From the sequence record OZ374592.1: 32,000 nt of DNA; one strand, 5' to 3'. The translations under genes were made by a program, and so were the position numbers. This document shows positions 30,481 through 32,000 of the stretch, piece after piece (position 1 is the stretch's first letter; each line of letters starts with the position of its first letter). The notes under the pieces are model-generated. The model did not search any database and was not told where the DNA came from. It worked only from the letters and a program-made list of their open reading frames with translations.

Positions 30481-30511
30481 TTTTTAGATTGTCAAAATAG
30501 CAATCTAAAAA
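30481..30511 (+). promoter_or_regulatory. Perfect 11-bp stem-loop in the putative apcE 5' leader
   Basis: tttttagattg (30481..30491) pairs with caatctaaaaa (30501..30511) around a 9-nt loop. It ends 31 nt before the apcE ATG and 15 nt before the AAGGAG Shine-Dalgarno sequence (30527..30532). Confidence 0.45.
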
Positions 30512-30542
30512 ACTTAATGCAACCGTAAGGAGAAATATTTTA

Positions 30543-32000
30543 ATGATTGTTAAGGCAAGTGGTGGAAGTCCTGTAGCGCGACCGCAACTTTACCGAACAG
30601 CATCAATCTCAACTATTGCACAAGCAGAACAGCAAGACAGATTTTTGCAGCTAGGTGAATTAAATGATTTAGTCGCATTTTTGAATTCAGGAAATAAAAG
30701 ATTAGAAGTGGCTGATTTGTTAACTAAAAATTCTAATATTTTAGTGGCAAAAGCAGCAGATAAAATATTTGTAGGTGGTTCTGCTATTTCTTATTTAGAG
30801 AGACCTCAAGCTTCATTTTTGTCAATAGATACTTCAAGTAGTATGGAGAATTTATCTGGCAATACTCAAGTTAAAATTTTTGATGGTTTAGCATCTGTGT
30901 TTAATTCTAATGATTCACTACCACCAGGTTTTAAGCCAATTAATGTGGTTCGTTATGGATCGTTACGTATGAAAAAATCTTTACGTGATTTAGATTGGTT
31001 TCTAAGATATTTAACTTATGCGATTATTGCAGGAGATCCTAATATTTTATCTGTAAATATTAGAGGCTTAAGAGAACTGATAGATAATGCATGTTCTAGT
31101 GCTGCAGCTACAGTAGCTTTAAGAGAAATGCGTACAATTGCACTTAGTATTTTTAATGAAGATAAAGAAGGGCAAGAATTAGTACAAGAATATTTTAATG
31201 TTATTATTACAGAGTTTGATTCCCCATCTTTAACCGATAAATTAAGAAAGAGAACATCTGGTGATATGCAAGGTTTGCGTCTTCCACAAATTTATGCAAA
31301 AGCAGGTGTATCTCAGCAAAGGTTTGTTATGAAGACTAGTTTGTCAGTAGATGAAAAAAATGATGTAATTCGTGCATGTTATCGTCAAGTATTTGAAAGG
31401 GATATTGCAAAAGCTTATTCTTTAAATTTTTCAAATTTAGAGTCTCAAGTTAAAAATGGTAAATTGTCAATTAAAGAGTTTATAAGATTGATTGGTAAAT
31501 CCTCAACTTATAAAAAATTATTTTTTCAATCTTTTGTAAATAGTAGAGTTGTAGAATTAGCATTTAGGCATTTCTTAGGAAGAGGCTTGAGTTCATTAGA
31601 GGAATTTCAGAAGTACTTTGCTATTTTGTCTTCCCGTGGTTTAGATGGATTAATAGATAGTTTAATTAATTCTATAGAATATGCTGATTATTTTGCGGAA
31701 GAGACAGTGCCATATTTAAGATGTTTAGGTGAAGAGCCTCAAGAATCTCGTAATTGGGGGCCTCAAATAGAATTATTTAACTATAGTACTGCTTTTAGAA
31801 AAATACCTCAATTTGTTACTTTATTTAGTGATTATAAACAAAGTTTACCTGATCAACATCCTTATGGATTAAGTAATGATCCTTTGGAAATACAATTTGG
31901 CGCAATTTTTCCTCAAAATCGTGTAAATTTACGTAAAAAATCTGCGCCGTTCGGCAAAGATACTCGCAGGATATTAGTTAGGTATGGCCCTGGAATTTAC
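30543..32000 (+). CDS. apcE: Phycobilisome core-membrane linker ApcE (LCM), N-terminal 486 codons (continues past the window end)
   Basis: Manual translation gives MIVKASGGSPVARPQLYRTASISTIAQAEQQDRFLQLGELNDL..., a phycobiliprotein-like domain with a loop insertion and the bilin-Cys region IDNACSSAAATVALREMR. This is followed by a linker (REP) domain, ACYRQVFERDI...ELAFRHFLGRG. The frame stays open to the last base. It is missing from the ORF track because no stop codon lies in the window. Confidence 0.95.
   Translation, partial: MIVKASGGSPVARPQLYRTASISTIAQAEQQDRFLQLGELNDLVAFLNSGNKRLEVADLLTKNSNILVAKAADKIFVGGSAISYLERPQASFLSIDTSSSMENLSGNTQVKIFDGLASVFNSNDSLPPGFKPINVVRYGSLRMKKSLRDLDWFLRYLTYAIIAGDPNILSVNIRGLRELIDNACSSAAATVALREMRTIALSIFNEDKEGQELVQEYFNVIITEFDSPSLTDKLRKRTSGDMQGLRLPQIYAKAGVSQQRFVMKTSLSVDEKNDVIRACYRQVFERDIAKAYSLNFSNLESQVKNGKLSIKEFIRLIGKSSTYKKLFFQSFVNSRVVELAFRHFLGRGLSSLEEFQKYFAILSSRGLDGLIDSLINSIEYADYFAEETVPYLRCLGEEPQESRNWGPQIELFNYSTAFRKIPQFVTLFSDYKQSLPDQHPYGLSNDPLEIQFGAIFPQNRVNLRKKSAPFGKDTRRILVRYGPGIY

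Overview
The window reads as a contiguous piece of a red-algal (rhodophyte) plastid genome. It is strongly AT-rich by eye, densely packed with genes, uses the standard bacterial code, and shows Shine-Dalgarno-like GGAG motifs upstream of many genes. The diagnostic gene content is apcE (phycobilisome core-membrane linker) together with odpA/odpB, accB, acpP, pbsA, preA, acsF, dnaK, secY/secG/tatC and several ycf genes. Order, left to right: secY (5' part, -), then an uninterrupted 17-gene ribosomal protein cluster on the - strand (rps5 back to rpl3). This is followed by dnaK (+), trnG-GCC (-), psbZ (-), psbK and petG (+), rps14-psaB-psaA (-), accB and an unassigned 65-codon ORF (-), and ycf45 and acpP (+). 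Next come trnS-UGA (-), psaD (-), acsF (-), petN/petM/secG/ycf36/trnfM/ycf42/pbsA/rpl35/rpl20 (+), preA (-), odpA-odpB (+), petA and tatC (-), and the 5' 1458 nt of apcE (+). Six genes were found by reading the sequence because they are absent from the ORF track. Four are shorter than 60 codons (psbK, petG, petN, petM) and two run off the window edges (secY, apcE). I see no rRNA, CRISPR array, transposase, integrase, intron or obvious pseudogene. I do not see convincing evidence for a new multi-gene system; this looks like ordinary, conserved plastid core genome. The least-explained items are the 65-codon ORF next to accB, the functionally uncharacterised ycf45 ATPase, a recurring set of strong stem-loops at gene 3' ends and convergent junctions, a stem-loop in the apcE leader, and clustered dyad motifs upstream of psaA. 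All product calls rest on my recognition of conserved protein motifs, not on database searches.
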